Assembly (NCBI GenBank): GCA_032161105.1
Contig: JAVHTD010000002.1
Source of the DNA: Candidatus Thermosaccharophagus tengchongensis
GTDB taxonomy: Bacteria > Armatimonadota > Fervidibacteria > Fervidibacterales > Thermosaccharophagaceae
Reading direction: 5' to 3' (one strand)
DNA length: 64,000 nt
This document shows positions 36,022-45,642 of this stretch, one piece after another; position 1 is the stretch's first letter, and each line of letters opens with the position of its first letter. The notes under the pieces were generated by a model. That model had not been told where the DNA came from. It saw only the letters and a program-made list of their open reading frames with translations, and searched no databases. The translations under genes and the position numbers were made by a program.

Positions 36022-37806
36022 GTGACGAAAAGTAAATCGGGGGGCACTGCCAAAGTAGCGGTGACAAGCACTTCTGGTGGTGCTCGCTCAAGTTCTATTG
36101 GGGCGAAGAGGGCACAAGGTAGCTCAAAGGTAAGGGCTAATGGTAAGGTCAATCCAAAAGGGCACAACGCTGTCTCTGCTTCGGTTAGCTCCGCAAGGAA
36201 GCAGTTGCGCAGTGGCAATGGTGGAGTGGGTTTGACCAAAACGGCTGCTGAGAAGGGGCGAAAGGGTGTCTCATCCACCGATGTGAAACTCAAAATCATG
36301 GGCGTTCAAGCAGCTGGAGGTAGCCAATCAGGAACTCGTGCCACGACAGCTAAGGAAAGGCGTAAGTTGGATACTGGCACGCGAAAGGCAAGCAGCTCAA
36401 ATGGGGCTGGAGTTAGGCGCAAGGCGTTGGAAAGCATCATAAAGGGAAGGGAAAAGCTCATCAAGGCTAAGTCAGAGGCGCTTTTATCAAGGAAGCTTCG
36501 CAAGGGGTCTTCCAATGGGTCAACAGCTAAAGCTGCGCCAACTAAGGGCGTGCGAAAAGCAGCGCCAAAGAGGTCAGTTAAGGGAGGGCAATTATCGGTG
36601 GCAAAGATCAAAGTCGCAAGTGGCGAAAAGGAAGCCATCGCAAAGAGAACAGGATCAATTAAGGCTTCACAGGAAGCGCCACTGAGCACAGTCAAAGCGA
36701 AGGGGGAAAGAAGGTCATCACTGAAAGGCTCGTCAAGGCGAGTTAGGGCGCCTTTGTCAGCTCCAACGATGGAGCTGGTAGAGTCGGGTGAGAGATGGGA
36801 GATAGAACCCGAGACCGAGGGCACATTTAAAATCGGCGAACCTGTGGGTGGCATTAAGGTTGACGGTGGGGATGGCACTTTCTTCTCTGAGGATGAAATT
36901 GAGGCGCTGTTGAATTCAAATGAGGCGCTGTTTGCCTACAAGCCCTCAAGGAGACAGCGTTCTGGCATACCTGATGCCATGACCCTGTGGGGGCGAGAGT
37001 TGCACAAGCGTCCGCTGTTAACGCATGAGCAGGAAGTGGAACTTGCAAAGCGCATGGAGAAGGGTGATGAGGAGGCAAGGCGCATCTTCATTGAGTCAAA
37101 CTATCGTCTCGTTGTGAGCATAGCTCAAAAGTATCGTGGCTGTGGCGTCCCGCTTGAGGATTTGATACAAGCTGGCAACATCGGCTTGATACAAGCCGTT
37201 GACCATTACGATTGGCGGCAGGGGACGAGGTTTTCCACATGCGCCGTCATGTGGATTAGGCAGGCAATACTTCGTGCGATTGACTCGCATGCCAGAATAG
37301 TCCGCCTGTCAATGCGCGTCTCTGAGCAAGTTCACAGGGTGGCAGCGGCAAGGCAAGCTCTCATTCGTGAGCTTGGGAGAGATCCGACAATTGACGAGAT
37401 CGCAAGGCGAACACGCCTCTCAAGGGAGCGCGTGAAGGAGCTCATGGGCTACATGGCTCAAAGGGTTATCTCAATTGATGACCCATTAGACATGGCAGAC
37501 GGGCTTGATGTTGATGAGGTGCCATCCTTCTCCGAGTATCTTGCTGATGACCAGTCCAACAACCCAGAAGAGGTCATAGCTAACCGCGAGATGAAGAAGG
37601 TCATTGAGGAAGCGATAAAGGAGTTGCCCGATAGAACACAGCACGCCCTCAAACTGCGCTTTGGCTTTGAAGACGGCGTAATGCATACCTACGATGAGAT
37701 TGGTTACCAACTCGGCTTGAGTAGGCAAAGGGCAATGCAGCTTGTCCAGTTGGGGTTGCAGCAGCTTCGCGAGCACCCCAAGGTTAAGATGCTGTTCTTG
37801 AATTAG
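36022..37806 (+). CDS. RNA polymerase sigma-70 family factor (RpoD/group 1-2 like) with long basic N-terminal extension
   Basis: The C-terminal 270 aa carry regions 1.2-4.2 (LLTHEQEVELAKRME, NYRLVVSIAQKYRGCGVPLEDLIQAGNIGLIQAVDHYDW, FSTCAVMWIRQAI, YDEIGYQLGLSRQRAMQL). The start is probably GTG 36022 (GGAGGTG lies 6 nt upstream). The ORF track lists TTG 36007. Confidence 0.9.
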   Translation: MTKSKSGGTAKVAVTSTSGGARSSSIGAKRAQGSSKVRANGKVNPKGHNAVSASVSSARKQLRSGNGGVGLTKTAAEKGRKGVSSTDVKLKIMGVQAAGGSQSGTRATTAKERRKLDTGTRKASSSNGAGVRRKALESIIKGREKLIKAKSEALLSRKLRKGSSNGSTAKAAPTKGVRKAAPKRSVKGGQLSVAKIKVASGEKEAIAKRTGSIKASQEAPLSTVKAKGERRSSLKGSSRRVRAPLSAPTMELVESGERWEIEPETEGTFKIGEPVGGIKVDGGDGTFFSEDEIEALLNSNEALFAYKPSRRQRSGIPDAMTLWGRELHKRPLLTHEQEVELAKRMEKGDEEARRIFIESNYRLVVSIAQKYRGCGVPLEDLIQAGNIGLIQAVDHYDWRQGTRFSTCAVMWIRQAILRAIDSHARIVRLSMRVSEQVHRVAAARQALIRELGRDPTIDEIARRTRLSRERVKELMGYMAQRVISIDDPLDMADGLDVDEVPSFSEYLADDQSNNPEEVIANREMKKVIEEAIKELPDRTQHALKLRFGFEDGVMHTYDEIGYQLGLSRQRAMQLVQLGLQQLREHPKVKMLFLN

Positions 37807-37844
37807 GTAGCTATCAACATCGCCCGCAAGGCGAATAACTGGAG

Positions 37845-38792
37845 CTAATGCGTCCGCCTGTGGTTTAACTTGGCGAGAGCCTGTTTGCGTATTCCTTCCG
37901 CCCTCTCAAAGTAATTTCGCAATGGCTCAAGTTCAAACTCGGCGACGATCTCGCTTGCGCTCTTGTCAGGCATGTGTGAGACGAGAATGCACTTTCCCTC
38001 AGGAGAGGCGACATCTATTTCAACGCCCGCTTTGTAGCGCTCCTTTATAGCTGCAAACTTTGCATGGTTGTAATCAAGGTGCAACACGACGGCATCAAGG
38101 TTGAGCGTCTTTGTGATGATGGGTTGATAAGGCTGCGATGTGACAATGACTCTCCCAAGCGGATCTACTATCATGCTCCCGTAAGAAGTGCATGCCGATG
38201 CCATGAAGACGCTATAGTCGTGAGCCCATATGCGCATTTGAAGCCCGCCGAGATACATTGAGCAGAAGAAGACCAGCTCAACCCCTTTCTTCGCCATCCC
38301 TTCAATCACATCTCTGAAGTTCAGGTCAAAGCATATGGCGCAGCCCATTTTCCCGAAGTCCGCCTCAACGACCATGGCTTCAATTCCCGGTATGACGCCC
38401 GAGTTTATTTCCTCAATCGTTGGGTGCATCTTGTGATATTTCGCTACGACATTCCCATTTCGGTCTATGAAGGCTGCCGAATTTCGTATCCCGACATCAT
38501 CTCGCTCAACGAATGGGCATATAACCCAACACCTGTGCTTCACTGCAAGCTCGCTAAATGTCCTCACTACTTGTCCGTTGACTGTCTCTGCAACTTGCTC
38601 CCATTGATTGATGGGCACGCCGAGGAAAGCGAAAGCTTCTGGGAGGGCAACTATGTCTGGCGCATCCAAAATAGCCCTGTTGAACAATTCCACTGCTGCC
38701 TCCAAGTTGCTTTTGACCTTTGCTTTTGGGTCTGTCGCTGCTTGATGGGCACCGCCAAAGGTTATCGTGGAGACACGAACATACCTTGCCAT
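37845..38792 (-). CDS. carbon-nitrogen hydrolase (nitrilase superfamily)
   Basis: The Glu-Lys-Cys triad contexts are present: VALPEAF, VAKYHKMHP, MGCAICFDLNF. Confidence 0.82.
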   Translation of the reverse strand: MARYVRVSTITFGGAHQAATDPKAKVKSNLEAAVELFNRAILDAPDIVALPEAFAFLGVPINQWEQVAETVNGQVVRTFSELAVKHRCWVICPFVERDDVGIRNSAAFIDRNGNVVAKYHKMHPTIEEINSGVIPGIEAMVVEADFGKMGCAICFDLNFRDVIEGMAKKGVELVFFCSMYLGGLQMRIWAHDYSVFMASACTSYGSMIVDPLGRVIVTSQPYQPIITKTLNLDAVVLHLDYNHAKFAAIKERYKAGVEIDVASPEGKCILVSHMPDKSASEIVAEFELEPLRNYFERAEGIRKQALAKLNHRRTH

Positions 38793-39145
38793 TCTCTCCA
38801 CCCCCGTCTCGTTCACAATCGCCCTCAGCCACAATTTAGCACGACCCGAATGTTAGCGCACACATAAGTAGCGGTCAAATGCTTTCGGAGATTGGAACAC
38901 CGGCGCACATGCTCCTTTACAGTCACAGTTAGTGGCGTCATAATGAAAAATGAAGCGCCTGCTTGTAAGGACCACACCGAACTCCGTGTGGGAGGATTTC
39001 CCTAAATGAGACGGCGGTTTCACTTTTTCGGTAAAGGGTCAGGCAGGATACCCATTGTGGGCGCTGCAGTGGTATGCCCCATGCCATCCGGCGATTGTGC
39101 TCCCTATCTCGGCACAAAATCCAGCCTTGAAGGGGGAGTTGCGTC

Positions 39146-39361
39146 ATGTTCACCAACTTGTTTGTATTCGGTCCAAATGGTCAGCTCATTCGTAAGGAAG
39201 AACGCCCTCTTCAGCGCCCGAGATGTGGTATGTGTGGGCGCCCGATAAAGACGATGCTTCCCGGGACACCGGTTCCAAGCTCGGTGTTGCTGTGTCGTGA
39301 ATGCAGCAACAAAGGTGTGCATACCAAAGCGTTTTACAACGATCAGAAGAGCAGGCGCTAA
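39146..39361 (+). CDS. small zinc-ribbon protein (hypothetical)
   Basis: A strong RBS, GAAGGGGGAG, lies 7 nt upstream of the ATG. Two CxxC pairs are present (CGMCGRP ... CRECSNKG). The gene sits alone between two minus-strand genes. Confidence 0.5.
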   Translation: MFTNLFVFGPNGQLIRKEERPLQRPRCGMCGRPIKTMLPGTPVPSSVLLCRECSNKGVHTKAFYNDQKSRR

Positions 39362-39502
39362 TTAAATTGGACGATAAGAACAGTTAATGCCAGCCGGGGT
39401 AAAACGAGTTAGCCAAATCACAGGGGGGCTGGCACTTTCCTTCAGCAGTCACAGGCGAGAAGTGTGAGCACTCCTTCACTTAGTGAGGAAGTGCTCCATT
39501 GA

Positions 39503-40375
39503 CTATGGCACAACCTTGTTGAGTTGGTATTCAACGATGTCGCATGCACCTGCCGCCTTCAACTTTGGAATTAACTCCCTAACAATGCGCTCATCCACTA
39601 CCGCTTCCACAGCATACCAGCCTTCCTCTGCAAGTGGTGATATGGTTGGTTGGCGCATAGCTGGGAGAAGTGCAACGACGCTCTTTAAGTTCTCGTGAGA
39701 AACATTGAGTTTGATCCCGACCTTCTGTTGAGCCAACAGAGCTCCCTTCAGCATAAGGGCTATTTGCTCAAGCTTAGAGCGCTTCCATTCGTCGGACCAC
39801 GCATGCTTGCTCGCTATCAGCTTTGCGTTTGACTCAAGTATCGTTTCAATGATGCGCAGGTTGTTTGCGAGCAGTGTCGTCCCAGTCTCCGTCAAGTCAG
39901 CGATAGCATCCACAAGCTCTGGCACTTTCGCCTCAGTTGAACCCCAAGAGTATTCAACATGGGCATTTATACCCCTCGCTTGCAAAAACTTTCGGACTGT
40001 GTTTGGGAGCTCAGTGGCAATTCGCTTCCCCTCTAAATCCTCAACTCGTTGATATGGTGAATCGTTATGCACGGCTATGACAAGGCGCACTTTTCCCAAG
40101 CCCTGTTTTGAGTAAACCAGATCGGCAACTTCAATCACATCCGCCTCGTTTTCAACGATCTGGTCATATCCGGTTATGCCGCCATCCAAGATCCCGTCAT
40201 GGACATAGCGCGGTATCTCCTGCGCCCTCAATAGGATGGCTCTTATCTCAGGGTCATCAATTGTTGGGAAGTGAGAGCGTGGCTGAATGTGCACATTCCA
40301 TCCGGCCATCTTGAAAAGCTGCAGTGTGGCGTCTTGTAAACTGCCCTTTGGCAGAGCAAATTTTAACTGTGGCAC
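39503..40375 (-). CDS. hisG: ATP phosphoribosyltransferase (long form)
   Basis: LKFALPKGSLQDATLQLFKMAGW, DLTETGTTLLANNLR and the C-terminal regulatory domain are present. The start is GTG, with GAAGGGGTGA upstream. Confidence 0.92.
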   Translation of the reverse strand: MPQLKFALPKGSLQDATLQLFKMAGWNVHIQPRSHFPTIDDPEIRAILLRAQEIPRYVHDGILDGGITGYDQIVENEADVIEVADLVYSKQGLGKVRLVIAVHNDSPYQRVEDLEGKRIATELPNTVRKFLQARGINAHVEYSWGSTEAKVPELVDAIADLTETGTTLLANNLRIIETILESNAKLIASKHAWSDEWKRSKLEQIALMLKGALLAQQKVGIKLNVSHENLKSVVALLPAMRQPTISPLAEEGWYAVEAVVDERIVRELIPKLKAAGACDIVEYQLNKVVP

Positions 40376-40552
40376 ATTGCTTCACCCCTTCTCTTGCTTT
40401 GTCCCTCGGGAGATAAAATTTCCCTCTTGTGCTCATGCGGCATGTGTCACTGGCTGATGCGGCGAAACTCACATGCAAAGTATGTCGCACGGGCTTAACT
40501 CGCCCTGTGAGCAATTAGGGTGAGTGATTTTCAAGTTCAGCTGCCCGAAGCG

Positions 40553-40582
40553 TTGACGGCGCGGGTAATCGTGTGGTATCAT
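40553..40582 (+). promoter_or_regulatory. predicted promoter (TTGACG - 18 nt - TATCAT with TGn extended -10)
   Basis: -35 is at 40553-40558, TGG at 40574-40576 and -10 at 40577-40582, about 80 nt upstream of the TPR gene that heads the pil cluster. Confidence 0.45.
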
Positions 40583-40658
40583 TTCAGTTGAGGGTGTGCT
40601 CACCTGATGGCGCTGTTTACATACGGTCAAAGAGGCAGCGAATGTCGCCGCACGATGG

Positions 40659-41270
40659 GTGATAGCAATGAAGGGCGTGAGGAAGAAAAAGGGGAATGAC
40701 ATACTCCGATTCAACGGCAGTAATGCGATTGTGGCTGTTAGTGAATGCATTAGTGCCAGTTGTGCTAACGGGGTTATTGTGCGCCCGGATGATAAACATC
40801 CGCAGAGGGAAAAGGCATGGTTTCTTCACCTGATCGCGAAGGCGTTGTATGCGTGCGGCGATTACAAGTCAGCCATCAAGCACCTTGAGCGTGCCTGTGA
40901 GCTTGCTCCTGACGATGCCTTTTACCACTTTGAGCTGGGGGAGCTTTACCTAAAGGCGCAATGCCTTGAGGAAGCTGCCAAAGAATTTGAAGCAGCACTG
41001 CTATGCGCGCCGCTTGATGATTATTACCATGTGCGATTTGCGGCGGTGTGTGTTCGGCTCGGCGAACTCAGGAAGGCTGCAGAGGTGATGGAAAGGGCTG
41101 TAAAGCTGCGCCCAAGGAATGCCTTCTACCGTTACCTGCTGGTGAAGCTTTATGAGAACTTGAACGAACCGAAGCTGGCAGAGCCGCACAGGAATTTCGT
41201 TTCCGAGCTTGACAACTATGATTTGAGCTACATAAGGCTCTTCCAGACGGATTGGATGGGCTTCAAATAG
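40659..41270 (+). CDS. TPR-repeat protein
   Basis: Four TPR-like units are present (YKSAIKHLERACELAPDDAFYHFELGELY..., EEAAKEFEAALLCAPLDDYYH..., LRKAAEVMERAVKLRPRNAFY...). The start is uncertain (GTG 40659 or ATG 40668). Confidence 0.7.
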   Translation: MIAMKGVRKKKGNDILRFNGSNAIVAVSECISASCANGVIVRPDDKHPQREKAWFLHLIAKALYACGDYKSAIKHLERACELAPDDAFYHFELGELYLKAQCLEEAAKEFEAALLCAPLDDYYHVRFAAVCVRLGELRKAAEVMERAVKLRPRNAFYRYLLVKLYENLNEPKLAEPHRNFVSELDNYDLSYIRLFQTDWMGFK

Positions 41271-41394
41271 ACCTCGCTGATGCATCGCCGCATGGAGCTG
41301 ATGTAGGCTATTGCACTTGCATGGCGATCAGAGGCATAATGTGAAGTGGATGCCAAATTAAAAGCACGGTGTGCCTCAAATTGAGGTGATTGAG

Positions 41395-43158
41395 ATGGCG
41401 CTTGCCCGCCGAAGCATCGTTGAGATACTCCGTTCAAGGGGTAAGCTGACGGACGAGCAATTGAAAGAGGCAATGAAGGCTCGCCGGGATACAACACAGC
41501 CAATTGAGGAGATACTTATCCAACTCGGCATAGTTAGCAAGCAGGACATACTCTCAGCCAAGGCGGAACAGTTGGGAGTGGAGTTCGTTGACCTCAGTCA
41601 GATACAAATTGACGAGAGCGCTATGGGCTTGGTGCCGCGTGAGCTCATGGAGAAGTATAGGGCTGTGCCGATAAGGATTGAGGGCAACAGGTTGACTGTG
41701 GCGATGGCGAATCCGAGGGACTTGATGGCTATTGATGACCTCAGGATGCGCACAAGGTTGAACATAAGACCAGTCCTTGCAGACCCGGAGGCGATTGATA
41801 CGATACTTTCTGGTGAGCTGACTGGTGCAGCAGTTGCTGGCGGGAGTGTTGCAAGGGATATTGAAGCTGCGCTTAGAGCTATGGAGAAGGAAAGCGCTGG
41901 GAAGGAAAGCAGGCTCGGTGAAGAACTCGCTGCTGCTGGTCACCTTGCAGACCTGAGCAAGCTTGAAAGGGTAAGCGATGAAGCCCTCGCTGATGAGGCG
42001 CCAGTCATACGGATAGTTAACTTGCTGTTTAAGGAAGCAATCAGGAACAACGCAAGCGATATCCATGTTGAGCCGCAGAGGAAAGATGTGCGTATAAGGA
42101 TGCGCATTGATGGTGTGCTGCATGAATTCTTCAGGTTGCCAAAGTGGATACACGCGCCACTAATTGCCCGCATAAAAATCCTCGCTGACATGGATATCGC
42201 TGAGAAGCGTATCCCTCAAGACGGACGAATACAGCTTCGCATGGCGAAGAAACTCTTTGATGTGCGTGTCTCAACCATACCGACAACAAATGGCGAGAAG
42301 GCGGTCTTGCGCCTGCTTGACCAAACGAGCGTCCTAATCGGATTGGACAAGCTCGGTTTGTTCCCGGACGATGTGGCGAAGATTGAGTATCTCATATCGC
42401 AGCCAAACGGGATGATACTGAGCACAGGTCCCACTGGTTCCGGTAAGACCACAACGCAATATTCAATCATGCACCGGCTTAACACCACCGAGGTGAACAT
42501 CATCACGATAGAAGACCCGGTTGAATATCAGCTCCCGGGGCTCAACCAAGTCCATGTGAACAGGAAGGCAGGGCTCACATTCGCAACTGCACTTAGGTCA
42601 TTCCTTCGTCAAGACCCGGACATCATCATGGTTGGAGAGATACGAGACCTTGAGACAGCCGACATCGCCATTCAGGCTGCTCTCACTGGTCACCTCGTTC
42701 TATCAACACTGCACACAAATGATGCTCCAACTGCCATAACTCGTTTGATTGAGATGGGGGTTGAGCCATTCCTTATTGCTGCGTCTGTGATCGGCGTTAT
42801 TGCGCAGCGCCTTGCGAGGCGCATTTGCCCGAACTGTAAGGAAGAGTATGAGCCACCGCCAGAGTTGCTTGCGCGCTTTGGCTATCAGGGTGATGGCGAC
42901 CAGAAGTTTTATCGTGGCAGAGGATGTGAGATATGCAGGCAGACCGGTTATAAAGGGCGCATAGGCATCTTTGAGATCTTCGTGATGAACCAAGAGATCG
43001 CTGATTTGGTTTTGAGGAGGGCACCATTGACTGAAATTCGTGACGCAGCGGTCGCAAGCGGGATGAAGACTTTGCTTGAAGACGGCTTCAGGAAAGTGCT
43101 CGCCGGCATAACAACACCTGAAGAAGTTCTGCGCGTCGTTGCAACTGCTGGCTACTAA
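41395..43158 (+). CDS. pilB: type IV pilus / type II secretion assembly ATPase (GspE/PilB family)
   Basis: An N-terminal T2SSE_N domain, Walker A GPTGSGKTTT, Asp/His boxes and the tetracysteine CPNC...CEIC are present. Confidence 0.9.
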   Translation: MALARRSIVEILRSRGKLTDEQLKEAMKARRDTTQPIEEILIQLGIVSKQDILSAKAEQLGVEFVDLSQIQIDESAMGLVPRELMEKYRAVPIRIEGNRLTVAMANPRDLMAIDDLRMRTRLNIRPVLADPEAIDTILSGELTGAAVAGGSVARDIEAALRAMEKESAGKESRLGEELAAAGHLADLSKLERVSDEALADEAPVIRIVNLLFKEAIRNNASDIHVEPQRKDVRIRMRIDGVLHEFFRLPKWIHAPLIARIKILADMDIAEKRIPQDGRIQLRMAKKLFDVRVSTIPTTNGEKAVLRLLDQTSVLIGLDKLGLFPDDVAKIEYLISQPNGMILSTGPTGSGKTTTQYSIMHRLNTTEVNIITIEDPVEYQLPGLNQVHVNRKAGLTFATALRSFLRQDPDIIMVGEIRDLETADIAIQAALTGHLVLSTLHTNDAPTAITRLIEMGVEPFLIAASVIGVIAQRLARRICPNCKEEYEPPPELLARFGYQGDGDQKFYRGRGCEICRQTGYKGRIGIFEIFVMNQEIADLVLRRAPLTEIRDAAVASGMKTLLEDGFRKVLAGITTPEEVLRVVATAGY

Positions 43159-43241
43159 TAAACCGAACAGGGCGGTTGCGAAGTTTTGAGTCAGCTCATT
43201 AAACTCCCCTCTAAATCATCACTGGTGGGGGTGAAGGTTAA

Positions 43242-44366
43242 ATGGCAGCAACAAGCGAGAGGCGTGTTAAGGAGCTTATGTCCCTTGATGATGTGCACAT
43301 TGATGACTTGCTTCGCGTCGTCGTTGAAAAGAATGCCTCAGACTTGCATCTGTGTGTCGGGGTGCCGCCGGTGTTGCGCATTGATGGCAGGCTTTACCGA
43401 ACACCATTTATGCCTGCAGAGCCGGCTCAGACGCAACGCCTCATTTACGAGATCCTCACCGATGACCAGATACAGCGCTTTGAGAACGACCTTGAACTTG
43501 ACTTCTCATATTCGCTTCAGAACATTGCCCGCTTCAGGGTGAATGTGTTCAAGGACAGGGGCAATGTTGCTGCCGCATTTCGCCTCATACCGAGGCGCAT
43601 ACCATCAATTAGGGAGCTTGGTCTCCCAATAATACTTGAGGAGCTGATTTTGAAGCCGCGAGGGTTGATCCTTGTCACAGGTCCGACCGGTTCTGGAAAA
43701 TCAACGACGCTCGCTGCGATGATTGATCACTTGAACAATACCGATAGTAGGCATGTGATCACGATTGAGGACCCAATTGAGTATATGCACACGCACAAGA
43801 AGTGCATCATCAATCAGCGCGAGATAGGACAAGATACCCTTTCCTTTGCGAAGGCTTTGAGGAGCGCGTTGAGAGAAGATCCGGATGTGATACTCGTTGG
43901 CGAGATGAGAGACCTTGAAACAATCGCAACAGCTATAACCGCTGCAGAGACAGGTCACTTAGTGCTTGCAACATTGCACACAAACAATGCTGCAGAGACA
44001 ATTGACCGAATCATTGATGTGTTCCCGGCTGAGCAACAGGCTCAAATTAGGGTTCAGCTCTCCAACAACCTTGTGGCGGTGCTCTCTCAGCAGCTCCTTC
44101 CGAGGGCTTCAGGGAGAGGTAGGGTAGCCGCAATGGAGATAATGATTGCAACACCAGCCATACGAAACTTGATACGAGAGGGCAAAACACATCAGATTCC
44201 GTCAATCATCCAGACGAGCGGTGAGCACGGCATGCAAACAATGGATCAGGCACTGCGCGACCTTTACTTGCAAGGTATAATCACTTATGAAGACGCAATG
44301 GCAAGGGCGCAACGCCCAGAGGAGTTGAAGAAGATGCTCGCAGATGCAGGAGTTCAGGTGAGGTGA
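43242..44366 (+). CDS. pilT: twitching motility (pilus retraction) ATPase
   Basis: ASDLHL, GPTGSGKSTT, LREDPDVILVGEMRDLETI and TGHLVLATLHTN, together with the roughly 370-aa size, are typical of PilT. Confidence 0.9.
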   Translation: MAATSERRVKELMSLDDVHIDDLLRVVVEKNASDLHLCVGVPPVLRIDGRLYRTPFMPAEPAQTQRLIYEILTDDQIQRFENDLELDFSYSLQNIARFRVNVFKDRGNVAAAFRLIPRRIPSIRELGLPIILEELILKPRGLILVTGPTGSGKSTTLAAMIDHLNNTDSRHVITIEDPIEYMHTHKKCIINQREIGQDTLSFAKALRSALREDPDVILVGEMRDLETIATAITAAETGHLVLATLHTNNAAETIDRIIDVFPAEQQAQIRVQLSNNLVAVLSQQLLPRASGRGRVAAMEIMIATPAIRNLIREGKTHQIPSIIQTSGEHGMQTMDQALRDLYLQGIITYEDAMARAQRPEELKKMLADAGVQVR

Positions 44367-44371
44367 TTAAA

Positions 44372-45637
44372 ATGCCTGTGTTCAGTTATGTGGCTCGCAA
44401 TGCTCAAGGTCAAGTCATACGGGGAAGTGAAGAAGCAGAGAATGCTGAAATACTTCGCAGGATGCTTAAGGAGCGCGGCTATTGGGTCACGCAGATAAAG
44501 CAGGAGAGAGAAGCAGCGGCAGCAGCACCTAAGAAGGCAGGGCCGAAGTTCGTGTTTGGCAGAGTTAAGTTGGCGCACCTTGCTATATTCTGCAGGCAGC
44601 TTGCCACCCTCATAAACGCAGGTGTATCACTTGTGCGGGCGCTCTCTGTCCTTGAGAAGCAGACGCCAAGCCCGCGCCTGGCACAGATAATTCGTGAGGT
44701 CGCTCAAAAGGTGCAAGAGGGTATGTCCTTCTCAAGGGCGCTGGCGGATTATCCCAAAATCTTCTCCAACCTGTTTGTTGGTCTTGTAAGAGCTGGCGAG
44801 GTTGGCGGTGTCCTCGATGAGACACTTGATAGGATGGCTACATTCTTGGAAAAGGACTTGGAGCTGCGCCGCAAGGTCAAGTCGGCAATGACATACCCAA
44901 CCATCGTCACCATATTTGCGGTTGGCGTCGTCGTATTCTTGTGCACATTCGTTGTGCCGAAGTTCATGAAGTTGTTCGAAGAGCTTGAGCTCAAGCCCGA
45001 GGAATTCCCGATTGTCACTCGGATGTTGAAAGCTTTCAGTGATTTCTTGCTGACGAAGTGGTGGATGGTTCTAATAGGCGTTGTGCTGTTTGCCATAGCC
45101 TTCATCAACTACGTCCGCACTCGCACCGGTAAAAAGCAATATGACTGGCTCAAGTTGCATGTGCCTATACTTGGACCAATCAACCACATGGTTGCATTGG
45201 CGCGCTTTGCAAGGACTTTTGGAACGCTCATAAACAGCGGTGTTCCGATACTTCAGGCTATGGATACATGTGCTGAGGCAATAGGCAATGACATTGTTGC
45301 CAAGGCGATAATGGACGCAAGGATGGCTGTGAGGGAAGGTTCACGCATTGCCGACCCGCTTGAGAATAGCAAGCTCTTTCCTCCAATGGTTGTTCACATG
45401 ATCGCAGTTGGAGAGGAAACAGGTTCGCTTGATCAGATGCTCCAGAAGATAGCTGACTTCTATGAGAGCGAAGTTGATGCAAGGCTTGAGAGCTTAGCTG
45501 CAACGATTGAGCCAGTGCTCATAGTCATGCTGGGCGGAGTTGTGCTGTTCATCATCCTCTCCGTCTTCATGCCACTGATAACGATCATAAACAAGCTCTC
45601 CGGAGGCGGTGGAGAGGGGGAGGGTGGAAGCGAGTAA
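44372..45637 (+). CDS. pilC: type IV pilus platform protein (GspF/PilC family)
   Basis: Two T2SSF repeats are present (FCRQLATLINAGVSLVRAL..., FARTFGTLINSGVPILQAM...). AGGTGAGGTGA precedes ATG 44372. Confidence 0.9.
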   Translation: MPVFSYVARNAQGQVIRGSEEAENAEILRRMLKERGYWVTQIKQEREAAAAAPKKAGPKFVFGRVKLAHLAIFCRQLATLINAGVSLVRALSVLEKQTPSPRLAQIIREVAQKVQEGMSFSRALADYPKIFSNLFVGLVRAGEVGGVLDETLDRMATFLEKDLELRRKVKSAMTYPTIVTIFAVGVVVFLCTFVVPKFMKLFEELELKPEEFPIVTRMLKAFSDFLLTKWWMVLIGVVLFAIAFINYVRTRTGKKQYDWLKLHVPILGPINHMVALARFARTFGTLINSGVPILQAMDTCAEAIGNDIVAKAIMDARMAVREGSRIADPLENSKLFPPMVVHMIAVGEETGSLDQMLQKIADFYESEVDARLESLAATIEPVLIVMLGGVVLFIILSVFMPLITIINKLSGGGGEGEGGSE

Positions 45638-45642
45638 TTGAA

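Noticed and set aside
36306-36878. 190-aa minus-strand ORF
   Set aside because: It is antisense to the repetitive Lys/Ser/Ala-coding N-terminal region of the sigma factor gene. The open frame is a by-product of the biased codon composition.
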